A DNA stretch of 63,043 bases, the filler included, from Lophium mytilinum (taxonomy: Eukaryota): NCBI GenBank assembly GCA_010093605.1. It is 4 parts of 3 records of this genome, joined end to end, with 100 filler letters (N's around TTAATTAATTAA, not from the genome) between each part and the next. Parts side by side here need not be neighbours in the genome. Positions count along the whole stretch, not along the records: positions 1 to 19,532 come from MU004184.1; positions 19,633 to 41,100 come from MU004185.1; 2 more parts are not named here. One strand, given 5' to 3'. How positions within the stretch are numbered: position 1 is the first letter of the stretch; the number at the start of each line of letters is the position of its first letter. The notes under the pieces were generated by a model. The model was not told where the DNA came from. It made no database searches and saw only the letters and a list, made by a program, of their open reading frames with translations. Below are positions 13,275-24,913 of this stretch, in pieces. Position numbers and translations under genes: made by a program.

Positions 13275-16173
13275 ATAATATATACTTATTATCTTATATA
13301 TAATCTATAGAGAATTAGCTAATAGAAGTCTAGCCTTATAAATATAGCTTATATTTATAGTTCTAGTATTTAAAGTACTATATACTAATAAGCTATACTA
13401 GATTATATTCTATAGCTAAGTAGACTCTCTACTTAATACTATCTATACTAATAAGAAGTTTAAGGCTATAATATTAGATAGTTTTATCTAGATATACCTA
13501 GTTATATCTATACTAGATACTCTAGAAAAGTTAGTATTTATAAAAGTATAAGCTAGAGAATTTTATAGCCTTAAGTAGCCTTTAAATCTACTAGAAACTA
13601 TACCCCCGCTTCTAAAGTTATAGAAGGCTAAACTTCTTACCTAAACTAACCTACTATTTATTAGAATTATAGAAAATCTACTAGTACTCTAGTATAACTA
13701 CTATACCTACTTTTCTATTAATACTTTAAGTAAGTATATAGACCTAGATTATATTTTCTATTTTAAAGTTACTACTTCTAATATAGAGAAGTAAAGTCTA
13801 GATAATAAGTACTAGTATACTACTTAGATAGTATATAAAAATATTACCTAGTATACTATACTAGTTAACTTATTATAGAAATAGATTAATACCTAGACTT
13901 ATAAGAAGTTTTATAAGGTATTATATAATATAGCTACTAAAATACTTATAGTATTATCTATAATACTAAATATAGTAAATATAATAAATAATATAGTAAA
14001 GAGCTTTATAGACGTAACTAAGCTTCTATATATATATCTAGATTAGTACTAAATTCTAATAATAAAGAGTTATATACTACTAGAGGGACTATATACTATT
14101 AATATTTTCTACTAAGGCTACTCTAACTAGTTTCTATCTCTATTTAAGTTAGTATAGGTTATAGTTAAGCAAGTTTATAACTTTAAGATAACTAGTAAAC
14201 TAGAAGAATATAGTAAATATAATATTAAGAATATTCTTAGGTACTATACTAAGGTACTAGATAAGTTTAAGGCTAGCTAGGCTAAGGCTAGTAATAGTAT
14301 AGAGGGGGATAAATAAAATACTACTAAAGTCTACTATATTAATAGTCTAACCTTCTATATAGACTACTATATAGCTAGAGGTTTTACTATATTTATTTAA
14401 GAACTAATTACTAATAGTACTATTAACTATTATAAAGTAAGTAGTTATCTAGTAGTTAGCTATTACTACTCTATCTTTAGCTATAATAAAAGTAATAACT
14501 TCTACTCTAAGTATAATACTAGTAAAGATAATAATACTAACTAAGATAGTATCTATATACTATACTCGGGCGATAATAAATTAATATGCTAGTAGCTAAC
14601 TATCTTAGATTATATCTATAAGGCTATTCTAGACCTTAAAAACTGCGCTAGGCTTCTTAATAGAGATAGTAATAGTAGTAATAACTTAAATGCATAAGAT
14701 AATTATAGACTATAGAATCTATATAAAAATAAGCTTAGCTAGAGAATATAGAACTATATAGCTAAAGCGTTAGCTAAAGTATAGTAAGTAGTAAAGGGCT
14801 ACTATAATTAGAAATAATTAATAATAATTAAAAATAATTAGATATTCTATAGGCGGCCCGGGTAGACTATAGTATAAGAGTTACTACTAGTACTAGTTAT
14901 AGGCGCCGGCGACTTAAATAGAAGGTAGTATCCCTGCTACTAATTTAGAGGTATTAGTAATCTAGAAGTCTTCTATACCTATATACTTAATTTAAAATAC
15001 TAAGTTATTATTATATTTACTATAGGTTATATATATAAATACTAGATAGTAATATATATAGCCTATAAGCTAATATTTTTCTAGAACTAAATATCTACTA
15101 GCTTAATTTCTAGCACTATTAATAAGGGCTTAATAATTCTTTAGCTTCTTTATTAACCTAGTATAGAATAGAGCCTAGAGTTTTACCGGGGTATTATTAT
15201 AAAAGTAGCTAAAGAACTTAATCTACTTCTAATAGCGCAGTATAGACTATTAAAGAAAGGCTTAAGTACTCTTATAATTTATAAGAAAATAGTTCTCTAC
15301 CCTTACTACTTACTAGTTCTTATAAGTTATCTACTCTCTATCTACCTTATTTTTATTAAGTATAGTTATTACTAATATATATACTGCTAATTCTACTATA
15401 TATAAGAGGCTTAAGCAGCTAAATTAATAATATTATAAAACTCTCTACCTAACTAGCGCCTTCTAGCTATTATCTAATTTTACGCCGGCTAAAAGAGATA
15501 TAGAGTTTAACCTAGGGTACTTAATACGCATTTAATATTACTATCTTATAGCTATTCTATAACTAGTACTTACTCTAGTAGCTATCTTCTTAATAATGCT
15601 AGCACTCTTAGTAGATACCTATTAACTTTATTCTACTAGACTAGTAATATATTACTACCTAGTGCTTACCTTATAGAAGGGAGTAATATACTTAAACTTA
15701 GTATCTTCTTCTATATTACCTAGATAGTACTTACCTAGAGTTAAGAGTTCTTTACTATAGCTAGTAACTATAGTAGAAAGTTAGATACTAGAAATTAGTA
15801 AGAGATAATACTTACTTTTAATATATACTATACTATTAAAACTAGAAAAACTAGATATAACTACTAGTACGCGCTTAAAACTACGCCTACTATAAAGGTT
15901 TATACTAGCTATAAAGAATATAGAGATAATAAAAATAATTATATATAGGCTTTAGAGTTATAGTTTAAAAAAGTAAGCTATAGTTTTTAACGCGTAGATA
16001 TATTAAGGTTCTAGGCTAATAAAATAGCCCGCCCTCTATTAAAATGCGTTATATACTATTAAAGAATAATAAGTACTATATACTAGCCTATAATCTAATA
16101 TAATCTATAATAATTACTTATAATCTATAAGTTTCTATATAGGGCTAACTAAATTTAACTAGAAATAGAGTAT

Positions 16174-19100
16174 ATACCTTCTACTAAATATAAATACTAC
16201 TATAAGTTATTTTAAATACTTAGTACTCTAAATAAATATATACTATACTATAAAAAGCTTCTTAAAATACTATAGTAGGTTCTACTTACTAATACTAGAA
16301 CTACTAGATCTATAATCTAGTTTTATATACTCTACATTATTTAGATAATAGATAGAATATTATTTAGAACGCCTAGATTACTACTAGTAAGTCTACTTCT
16401 ACTAGCTAACCTCTATAATAAGATAAAGTATAAGATAAATAAAATAGAGCTATATATCTCTAGTAAACTAGAAAAGTACTAGAGTCCGCCTTTTATAAAT
16501 AAAGGCCCTATAAGCTTAATATATAATAACCCGCTAAAGGCTACTAAATTCTATATTCCACACTAATAAGGCTAACTAATAATATTATCTATATTATTAC
16601 TATAAGAGGAAGTATATCTCTCTACTAAATTAGGTATATCTATAGGGGTGTCTATTAGATAGGCTAATACTAGATAGTAGATATAAGTATTATTAGGAAC
16701 TATTATTCCCCCCGCCTATAAAGGTAGTATTAAAGCTTACTAACTAGTTACTCTATTATAGAAACTAATCCCCCTTCTATTTATTCTAATTAGTATTTAA
16801 CTATACTTTTATATTATAGCTTTAGTAGATTAGCTATACTAAAAATAATATTAACCTACTATTTAATAATATCTACCTTAAAAGTATATTTTTTAACTTT
16901 CTTATATTTATATTAGGCGATTTATAGAATAGTAAACTAGAGAAAATTAAATATAGTGTTAGTAATACTAACTATATAGTAGAGATGCTGCATTTTCTAA
17001 ATAAAAAATAAAGCTTAAGTAGAGAGTAGTATCTAGTATACTACTTTAATATAATAGCAGCTATATTATTTCTAATTAAATACCGCCCTTTCTATAATTA
17101 CCTTATATTTATACTAGTTTAAGTCTATAATATAGAAGGCTAGTAGGTATATACTAAGTTATATATATTAGACTAGTAGTAGTAGACTTAGTTAAAGCTT
17201 TTAGTAAAGGCTATAGTAATACCTATTTTACTCTCTATAGATAAGATATAGCTTACCTAATATTATAGTAATAAGAGTATATAGCTAGTCTATTTAACTA
17301 TTAGTAATCTAGATAAAACTACGCGGCGCTTAAATATATTATTTAGTACTCTACTACTAGGCTTTATACTAAGCACGGCGGATAAAAAAGACTATCTAAA
17401 GTATTAGCTATACTATAGCTCTTTAGGCTATATTCTTAGATATTAGTAAAATTCTTACTAATACTAAGTAGTTTTCTAATATAAAATAAGCTATTATAGA
17501 ATATACTACTAATAGAATTATACTAGAATANNNNNNNNNNNNNNNNNNNNNNNNNNNNNNNNNNNNNNNNNNNNNNNNNNNNNNNNNNNNNNNNNNNNNN
17601 NNNNNNNNNNNNNNNNNNNNNNNNNNNNNNNNNNNNNNNNNNNNNNNNNNNNNNNNNNNNNNNNNNNNNNNNNNNNNNNNNNNNNNNNNNNNNNNNNNNN
17701 NNNNNNNNNNNNNNNNNNNNNNNNNNNNNNNNNNNNNNNNNNNNNNNNNNNNNNNNNNNNNNNNNNNNNNNNNNNNNNNNNNNNNNNNNNNNNNNNNNNN
17801 NNNNNNNNNNNNNNNNNNNNNNNNNNNNNNNNNNNNNNNNNNNNNNNNNNNNNNNNNNNNNNNNNNNNNNNNNNNNNNNNNNNNNNNNNNNNNNNNNNNN
17901 NNNNNNNNNNNNNNNNNNNNNNNNNNNNNNNNNNNNNNNNNNNNNNNNNNNNNNNNNNNNNNNNNNNNNNNNNNNNNNNNNNNNNNNNNNNNNNNNNNNN
18001 NNNNNNNNNNNNNNNNNNNNNNNNNNNNNNNNNNNNNNNNNNNNNNNNNNNNNNNNNNNNNNNNNNNNNNNNNNNNNNNNNNNNNNNNNNNNNNNNNNNN
18101 NNNNNNNNNNNNNNNNNNNNNNNNNNNNNNNNNNNNNNNNNNNNNNNNNNNNNNNNNNNNNNNNNNNNNNNNNNNNNNNNNNNNNNNNNNNNNNNNNNNN
18201 NNNNNNNNNNNNNNNNNNNNNNNNNNNNNNNNNNNNNNNNNNNNNNNNNNNNNNNNNNNNNNNNNNNNNNNNNNNNNNNNNNNNNNNNNNNNNNNNNNNN
18301 NNNNNNNNNNNNNNNNNNNNNNNNNNNNNNNNNNNNNNNNNNNNNNNTACTAATTAAACTAGAGACTTATAAATAACTAGGCTATAAATAATATACTAAA
18401 CTACTAATATTACTATTCTTAACTAGTAGTAATAAGAGATATACTAATATAATAGATAATAGTATTAGAAAGTATTAATATTTTAAACTTTAAATAGCCT
18501 AGATATAATAATTTCTATAAAGGCTAAATAGTATACTATTTAAAAGTAAGTATTAAGTATATAGCTAATATAAGCTAGAAGCTAGACTTTCTAGCCGCCG
18601 CCGCTATATTTATTTAAGAAGAGAGGTATAAGATTTAAGGCTAATATACTAAGCCTAGTAGCCTAAATATATTAGACCCTAATCTATTCTAGGTTAGCTA
18701 TCTCTAGCTTAAGTTTTATGCTAGTATTTTTTATTAGAAGTAATTAGGTACTAGTAAGAACCTAGAAAGCCTTATAAAAGAAAATCTATAGTATAACTTT
18801 AAATAGTAGAACTAAGAATAGTAATATAACTATCTATAGGTATAAGAGTATAGCTTAGACTATACTAAAAATAGAAAGACGCGTATTAGTATTACTAATA
18901 GAAGGTTAGTAGGGTAGCTATAATTTATAGTAACTATTATAAACTCTATTCTAAAGAGTAAAGATACTCTATAGATAGTATACTCTAGAGTTTTTATTTA
19001 CCTTCTAGCGCTAATTAATAATAGGAAGCTATATTATATCTATAGCCTAGTAGAGGTAGCTTTTTAGGCTTCTAATAATAGCCGCTACTAATAAAAGCTA

Positions 19101-19451
19101 GAAGTATATTAATTCTATCTACTACTATAAGTCCTCTAAAGTATATATATTATACTAGCTACCTCTAGCCTAGACTCTACCTATTTTTTTATTAATAACT
19201 ATATTAACTAGAATTAATATAATATACTCTATATAGAAGACTAGAAAATAAAGGCATAAAAAGTAATAAGGTAGTACTAGCTTAGTAGTTATACTAAAGA
19301 GATTAAAGCTACTCTAAAAGTTAAAGATATAGTAGAGATTTTAGTAAAGCGCGTAAGAGTAAGAGTACTTACTAATACCTCTTTTCTATAACTAAGCTAG
19401 TAAATACTAAAAAGTAGTATAGTAAAAAGGGGCTATAGCACTAGTAAGTAA
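16174..19451 (+). pseudogene. Plavaka-family transposase with N-terminal C2H2 finger (RIP-degraded, spans an N gap)
   Basis: Reverted motifs: CKYCHKSF..L.KH...H (~16190), RVYTELHTSDWWWQTQ, TVIPILLSTDKTQLT..GDKSVWPVYLTIGNL...RR.....LLGFIP (~17145-17370), and C-terminal FFINNYIDWNQYNTLY (~19185). Confidence 0.85.
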
Positions 19452-19532
19452 TAGCGTAGATAGAAATAAGGCTATAAAAAAAGATATTCTTAATTTTTCC
19501 CTACTATTAAGAGATAATTAAGTATTATTTAG

Positions 19533-19632
19533 NNNNNNNNNNNNNNNNNNNNNNNNNNNNNNNNNNNNNNNNNNNNTTAATTAATTAANNNNNNNNNNNN
19601 NNNNNNNNNNNNNNNNNNNNNNNNNNNNNNNN
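19533..19632. other. Artificial contig linker N44-TTAATTAATTAA-N44
   Basis: The same 100-bp six-frame-stop spacer occurs three times. Confidence 0.97.
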
Positions 19633-19727
19633 AACCCTAACCCTAACCCTAACCCTAACCCTAACCCTAACCCTAACCCTAACCCTAACCCTAACCCTAA
19701 CCCTAACCCTAACCCTAACCCTAACCC
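19633..19727 (+). repeat. Telomere (CCCTAA)n, ~15-16 units, at the start of a contig
   Basis: Perfect CCCTAA array right after the linker. The C-rich strand is on +, the correct polarity for a left chromosome end. Confidence 0.97.
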
Positions 19728-19748
19728 CGTGCTAGCGGGCGGCCAACA

Positions 19749-20062
19749 GTACAGTATAGAAACATCGAGTAAAATTTCGTTACGCGTACTGTATACCTAC
19801 TAGTAAGCGTACAGTATAGAAGCATCTACTAAAATCCCTAGATGCGTACTGTATACCTACTATTAAGCGTATAGTATAGAAACATTTAGTAAAATTTTAT
19901 TAGGCGTACTATATACGTTTATCTTAGTATATACTATAGAAATATTTATTAAGGCTTTATTAGGCGTACCCTATACTTACACATTAGTATATAGTATAGA
20001 AACATTTCTATTAGTCTTATTAGGCGTAATATATGTCTATATACTAGTATATAGTATAAAAC
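19749..20062 (+). repeat. Subterminal 60-bp tandem repeat x ~5
   Basis: GTACAGTATAGAAACAT...GCGTACTGTATAC recurs at exactly 60-bp spacing and degenerates away from the telomere. Confidence 0.9.
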
Positions 20063-20354
20063 ACTTCTTTAAATTCTATTAAGTTTACATCTATTTTAAT
20101 ATATATTATAGTGTTCTTACTAGAAGACTTTCTATAGAGATCCTTTTAATTATAAATTTATATATCTTTTTTATATATATATATTATACTAATATTTTTT
20201 ATAGGGCCTTTATAGGAAGCCTTTCTATAGTAACCCTTATATTACTGCGGTAGTAATTATACTTTCTACTTACTATAGTTCTAATATGCTTCCCCTACTA
20301 TAACCTAAATTAAGTAAGTATAAATAAGTTTCTATTATATATCTCTCTATACTC

Positions 20355-23267
20355 CTAATAAGAATAATAGTTCTTATCCCCCTCCCTTATCTCTACCTCC
20401 CTCTTCCCCTCCTCTAATACCTTTCCTAACACCCCCTTCCTCCTCTCTAATACTTCTTCTAACTCTATTACTATTAACCGCGTATACTTTTCCCTTACCG
20501 CCTTCTTTCTAACTATATACCTTACTATTACTACTACCCTATTCTCCCCGTCTACTCTACTCCCCGGGAATAAACTACTTACTATAGATAGCCCCGGCGC
20601 CAGCGCACTTAGCGCCGCCTACTAATACTCCGGCTGCGGTAGCCCTAGCTCGCTCGCCAGCGCTAGCACCCGCGCCGCCGCACTGCCCGGCAGCTGCACC
20701 GCGGCGTCCTTAGAACCCCCTGCTATCTTCTACTACTTCTTTGCGGACGCGGGCTTATATATAGCGGGCAGCTATCCCTATATATAGCTAGAGTACCGCC
20801 TCCCTTACTATAGCTATATAAGCCGCTTTCTTTAATAGGTAGAGCATAGCGCGGCCGCTAAAGGGGGCGTCCTCCGGGCGGTGTAAGGCCAGCAATAGCT
20901 TAGCGGAGAAGTAGGTGCCGGTTTTAAACTTAGTAAAGGTCGGGACGGAGATTTTAAAGGCTTAGTAGAATTCTATAAAAATGCTAGTAAAGTTTTCCTA
21001 GGGTTCCTTAGGGGTAGTAGTAGTAGGAGTTAGAGTTAAAGTATATTTTTTAGTTTTACTAGGGGTGGAGACTATACCTAAGGCTTTAAGAGAGGAGAGG
21101 AGGGCAAGGCTAAGAGTAGAGGCGGCTTCTTTAGCTTCTTTCTTAGAGGTAAAGGGGCTAGTAGTAGTAAGGGAGTAGGGGGAGCTAGCAGCATAGAGGG
21201 TTAGAGTACAGTTCTAGAAGAGTAGGGAGGCGTTACTATTAAACAAGAAGATAGGTTAGGGGATAGTAAGGGCCTAGTAGCGCTAGATAAAGAGCTAGGT
21301 GTTTGCTAATAAGCGTATAGAGATAGAAATAGGTTAGAGAGTAGATTAGGCTTAGGCTCTAGCGGCGGCAACGGCGGCTTTATACTACTTCTTAAACTTA
21401 TTAATACTAAGAAGGTTTTATAGCACGCTTAGGGCACCTAGAATAGAGCCTCTATATATCTAATCTATTAACGGCGGGGTAGAGTTCTAACTGCTAAGGA
21501 AAGCTACAACCTCTATCTTTCTTTTCTTCTTAAAGCTAGAAAGCGGCGTAGTAATTAAGCTTAGTATAAAGAAAGGATAAGAATAATTATTACTGCCTAC
21601 GCTGGTGTATATATAAGGTTAAAGGCTAGCCTAAAAAGGCTAAGGTAGGGTGCTAGTTTAATCTATATAAGCTGGGGTAGCTATAGCTACTCTACTAGAA
21701 GTTATTCTTTAGTGCTTAGGTAGGAGAGACTCTATATTTATGCGTAGCGGGCTAAGTTTATAAGAGGTAAAGTGTATCGCCGCTTATAGTTACATAATAG
21801 AGCTGGAGCCCGTTTTAATTTCTACCCCTTAGATAATCTACTAAACTTTACGCTCTTTACTATCTATTAGTAAATTTAAGCTAAAGTACAGAAGTCTTAT
21901 TACGGTGCAACAACCTTTATGCAAGAAGGCGGTATATTAGATAATTTCTAGTTAGCCTTTTAATAATCCACATTGCAGTAGATAACGCTAGCGTAGCAAC
22001 TGCACCTTAGAGTGGCTTTCTTTCTATAATGTCCGCAATTTTAGGGCTTGCAAGTTAGCAACGCGGTAGTAGTAGTAATGGAAGATAAATCTTTAGGTTT
22101 TACTATAGTAGTAAAGGGTAAACTAGTGCTATTACTAGGGGTTAGGTCTAGAGGCTCCGCTATAGTAGAAGAAGATAAGACTAATAGTAGAAGAGTAGAG
22201 ATAAAGCTATTAAAGAAGAAAATAAGAGTAAGGTAAAGTAAAAGAGTAAAGCCTATTAGATAATTTCTGCGTAGATAGCGTGGAGGGCTAGGGTGCAGTT
22301 CTAGAAGGGCAGGGACGCGTTACTATTAAAGGAGAAGATGGGTTAGGGGATAGCGAGGGCCTGGCAGCGCTAGATAAAGAGTTGGGTGTTTACTAATAAG
22401 CGCGTAGAGATAGGGATAGATTAGAGCACTGCTGCTCCCGTCTAAGGTTTAGATTTAGGAGTAGATTAGGCCCTGCTGCTTCCGCTCTCTAGCTATAGCC
22501 TTAAACCTTATTTATACAGCCCTTACCTTCTTCTCTTCTATATTAATCCGCAAGCGCAGAAGCTCCTTATTCTTAGAATTATTCTTAAAAAACTTGTAGT
22601 ATCTAGGCTGCTTATAAGGCCGGGCTTAATCTTAATACTAGGCTTAATCTTTATGTTAACTTCGTCGGCTGGTTTAGGCTTAATATTAATATTAGACTTA
22701 GAAGGTGGGGCGCTGTCTCTAGTAGCTTAGAATAGGGGGTTAGCATAGTTATAGAGAGTTTAAGACTTAGTTATAGTAGGCTGCATATTAAGAGCAGTAT
22801 TAGTAGGCGTGCCTAGGCTATTACTAAAGAGGGAACCTCCATTTTAATTCTAGATAGTTGCAAGAAGTGCTTCTCTCTAGGCACAGATGCAGGTAGGGTC
22901 GGCAGTGTCCTCCGCAGTAAGCGGTTTAGTCGTGTAGGGTTAGTCTATATTAGCTAGCTTAGGAGTTATTTTAGAAATAAATAATAAGGACTCCTCTCTA
23001 GCGTTTTGTGCGGTAAGATCTGCGGCATTGCTGGGTGTATTAGGGTTAAAAAGAGGGTTCTAAGTAATAGTACCCGAGCCCATTAGTATGCCTGTTATAG
23101 CGGTGCCATTCTTAGCGTACTGCTCTTCTAAGTTAGTTACATGGGTATTTCTATAGCCTGCCGGCTTTAAAACTTTACGCACTATTAATCTATCTCTCTA
23201 AAGTGCTTTAAATGCAATTAAGAGTCTCTCCCGTGCTAGTTCTAGCTGTTAGTTTGCCTATAGCTAT
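20355..23267 (-). pseudogene. MYND zinc-finger-containing gene (possibly two genes), RIP-degraded
   Basis: The reverted minus frame at ~21950-22045 reads CGHCGKKATLRCS.CASVIYCNADCQKADWK, the zf-MYND pattern. A long frame starts near 23267, and the C-terminus matches ORF 51868-52119 of the other copy. Confidence 0.65.
21211..22426. repeat. ~130-bp internal direct duplication (21211-21339 and 22298-22426)
   Basis: GTTCTAGAAG...GATAGGTTAGAG occurs twice, flanking the MYND motif. It is also duplicated in the contig-3 copy (~50050-50175 and ~51135-51265). Confidence 0.85.
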
Positions 23268-23699
23268 AGTATAGAGAGGAATAAGCTAAAGAAGTAAGAA
23301 AAGAGAGGAAGAGTAAATTAGGCGGGCGCTAAAGCAACGCAGGGTATAGTTACGTAAACTGTATATTATAGGGACCTACTAGTTCCGCCTAAGGTAAAAT
23401 ATATATATAGTATAGTAATAAAATAAAACTCTTAGAGCTACCATTTATGTATAGTATATAGAGTTAACCTTTAAAGGTTAATTATAAGTATAGGTATAAT
23501 ATAAGTAGTTAGCACGTAATATGCTAAGATTAATAGAAACTAGCGCATTAAACCTTTTTCTAACTACTATCTATCCCTTATAGTATAGCAGCAGCCCACG
23601 CATAATACTATACGCAAGTCTTAATTAGTATACTATATACATCCTTCCTAGAGCGTTCTAGCAGATATTTATAAGATAAGAAGCGGCCTAACCTAATAT

Positions 23700-24450
23700 A
23701 GAGACGGCTGCAACCCTAAACTAGGCTAAAGTATATAAAATATAGCCCGGCACACTAAGGTTAACGCGCAGCAGCACAGCAACTCTAAATGCTAAGGATG
23801 ACGTTCGGCAGGGGTAGATATATCTACGTCTGCCCGATATATATATCCTAATAGAGCGGTTAGCTTCTCCTCTTACCACACCTAATACCCTATCTAGGCG
23901 CAAGGTTACAAATGCCACCCTAGATTTGGTTGCAAGAAGGAAGCTTATACAGCTAAAGCGCTTATTAAGACGGCTATAAGAATAGAAGCAAAGGAAAATA
24001 CTAGAATAAAAGAGCAGTTCTATTTATAATATAGAGACTATTTATAACTGCAAGAAGAAGGAAAGTTATATTAAAAGCGATAAATGGTAAGACTGTAACC
24101 CCTTAAGGATTACTATCCTTACTAATAATAAGCAGGTCTAAATACATCGCCAATAAACTAGAAAGTACAACTGCGATACCTAAATTGCCTTCCGCCGCCT
24201 AGCATGCTAAAGACTTAACAACAATATATGCAAATAACTCTTCTTCTAGTTAGTTTAGGCATTATATAATAATACACGCTTTAGGGAACTATAGGTAGAA
24301 TAAAGTTATATACAGCGTATTAATAGATAGGGTCTATAGAGAGGACTTAGCCTAGCTGTATAACTAATATTAGTAAAGAGGGTTAAATTGCAGGGTATAT
24401 AATAGTAGATTCTTTACTATAAAAAAGATAGGGAGCACATATTAATAGTG
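23700..24450 (+). pseudogene. Small divergently oriented gene with one predicted intron, unknown function
   Basis: Coding-like frame with a GTAAG...CTAAT...CAG intron at ~24087-24135. No confident domain. Confidence 0.35.
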
Positions 24451-24913
24451 CAGATATAACAGAGCAGTATTAGAATATAATTACCCTCCCTAACTATATA
24501 AACTATAGCGGATAAGACCGCCCCCTATAATATAGATAAATAAAATAAATATTATATTATATATAAGATACGCAAGGCATAGTTATAGTGGTGAATATTA
24601 CGCTATATTCTATAGTTAAGTAAGCCGCTATCTAGAGGCTAAATATAAACTAGGAAATTTTAAGGGTATAAAGTATACTACTACTATAGAGCAGTGCTAA
24701 CTATTAGGGGGTAGGGGATGGAACGCAAGTAAGAAATTAGAATAGTAAAAAGTTGGCAGTACTAAGTAAGTAGGTGCAAACTAATAGCAAGAAAAGTAGT
24801 CCTAATTAGAACCGTTAGAAAGAAAAAGAAAAAGATATTAAGAGATACTAAACTAAATCTAAAAAGTAGAATAAGGGCCCCTACGGGAAGCCTTTCTATA
24901 AAGACCCTACTAG

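Larger units (their letters stand above)
3540..16060 (+). pseudogene. RIP-degraded accessory gene(s) of the Plavaka element, split by an assembly gap and the Gypsy insertion
   Basis: Long coding-like plus-strand frames in which the stops are TAA/TAG derivable from CAA/CAG/TGG. The uninterrupted counterpart is ~55630-59160. Gene number, boundaries and family could not be determined. Confidence 0.3.
4335..19532. mobile_element. Partial copy A2 of the Plavaka element, interrupted by a Ty3/Gypsy insertion
   Basis: 4335-5046 plus 13280-19532 are colinear with ~55665-62594. 4335-5046 also repeats ~3565-4276 of copy A1. Confidence 0.85.

Noticed and set aside
19533..19727. Interstitial telomere or chromosome fusion
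   Set aside because: The tract starts a contig immediately after an artificial linker and has normal end polarity.
5975..20062. CRISPR-like arrays (17-bp and 60-bp repeats)
   Set aside because: The context is eukaryotic, the units are contiguous or degenerate copies without unique spacers, and there are no cas genes.
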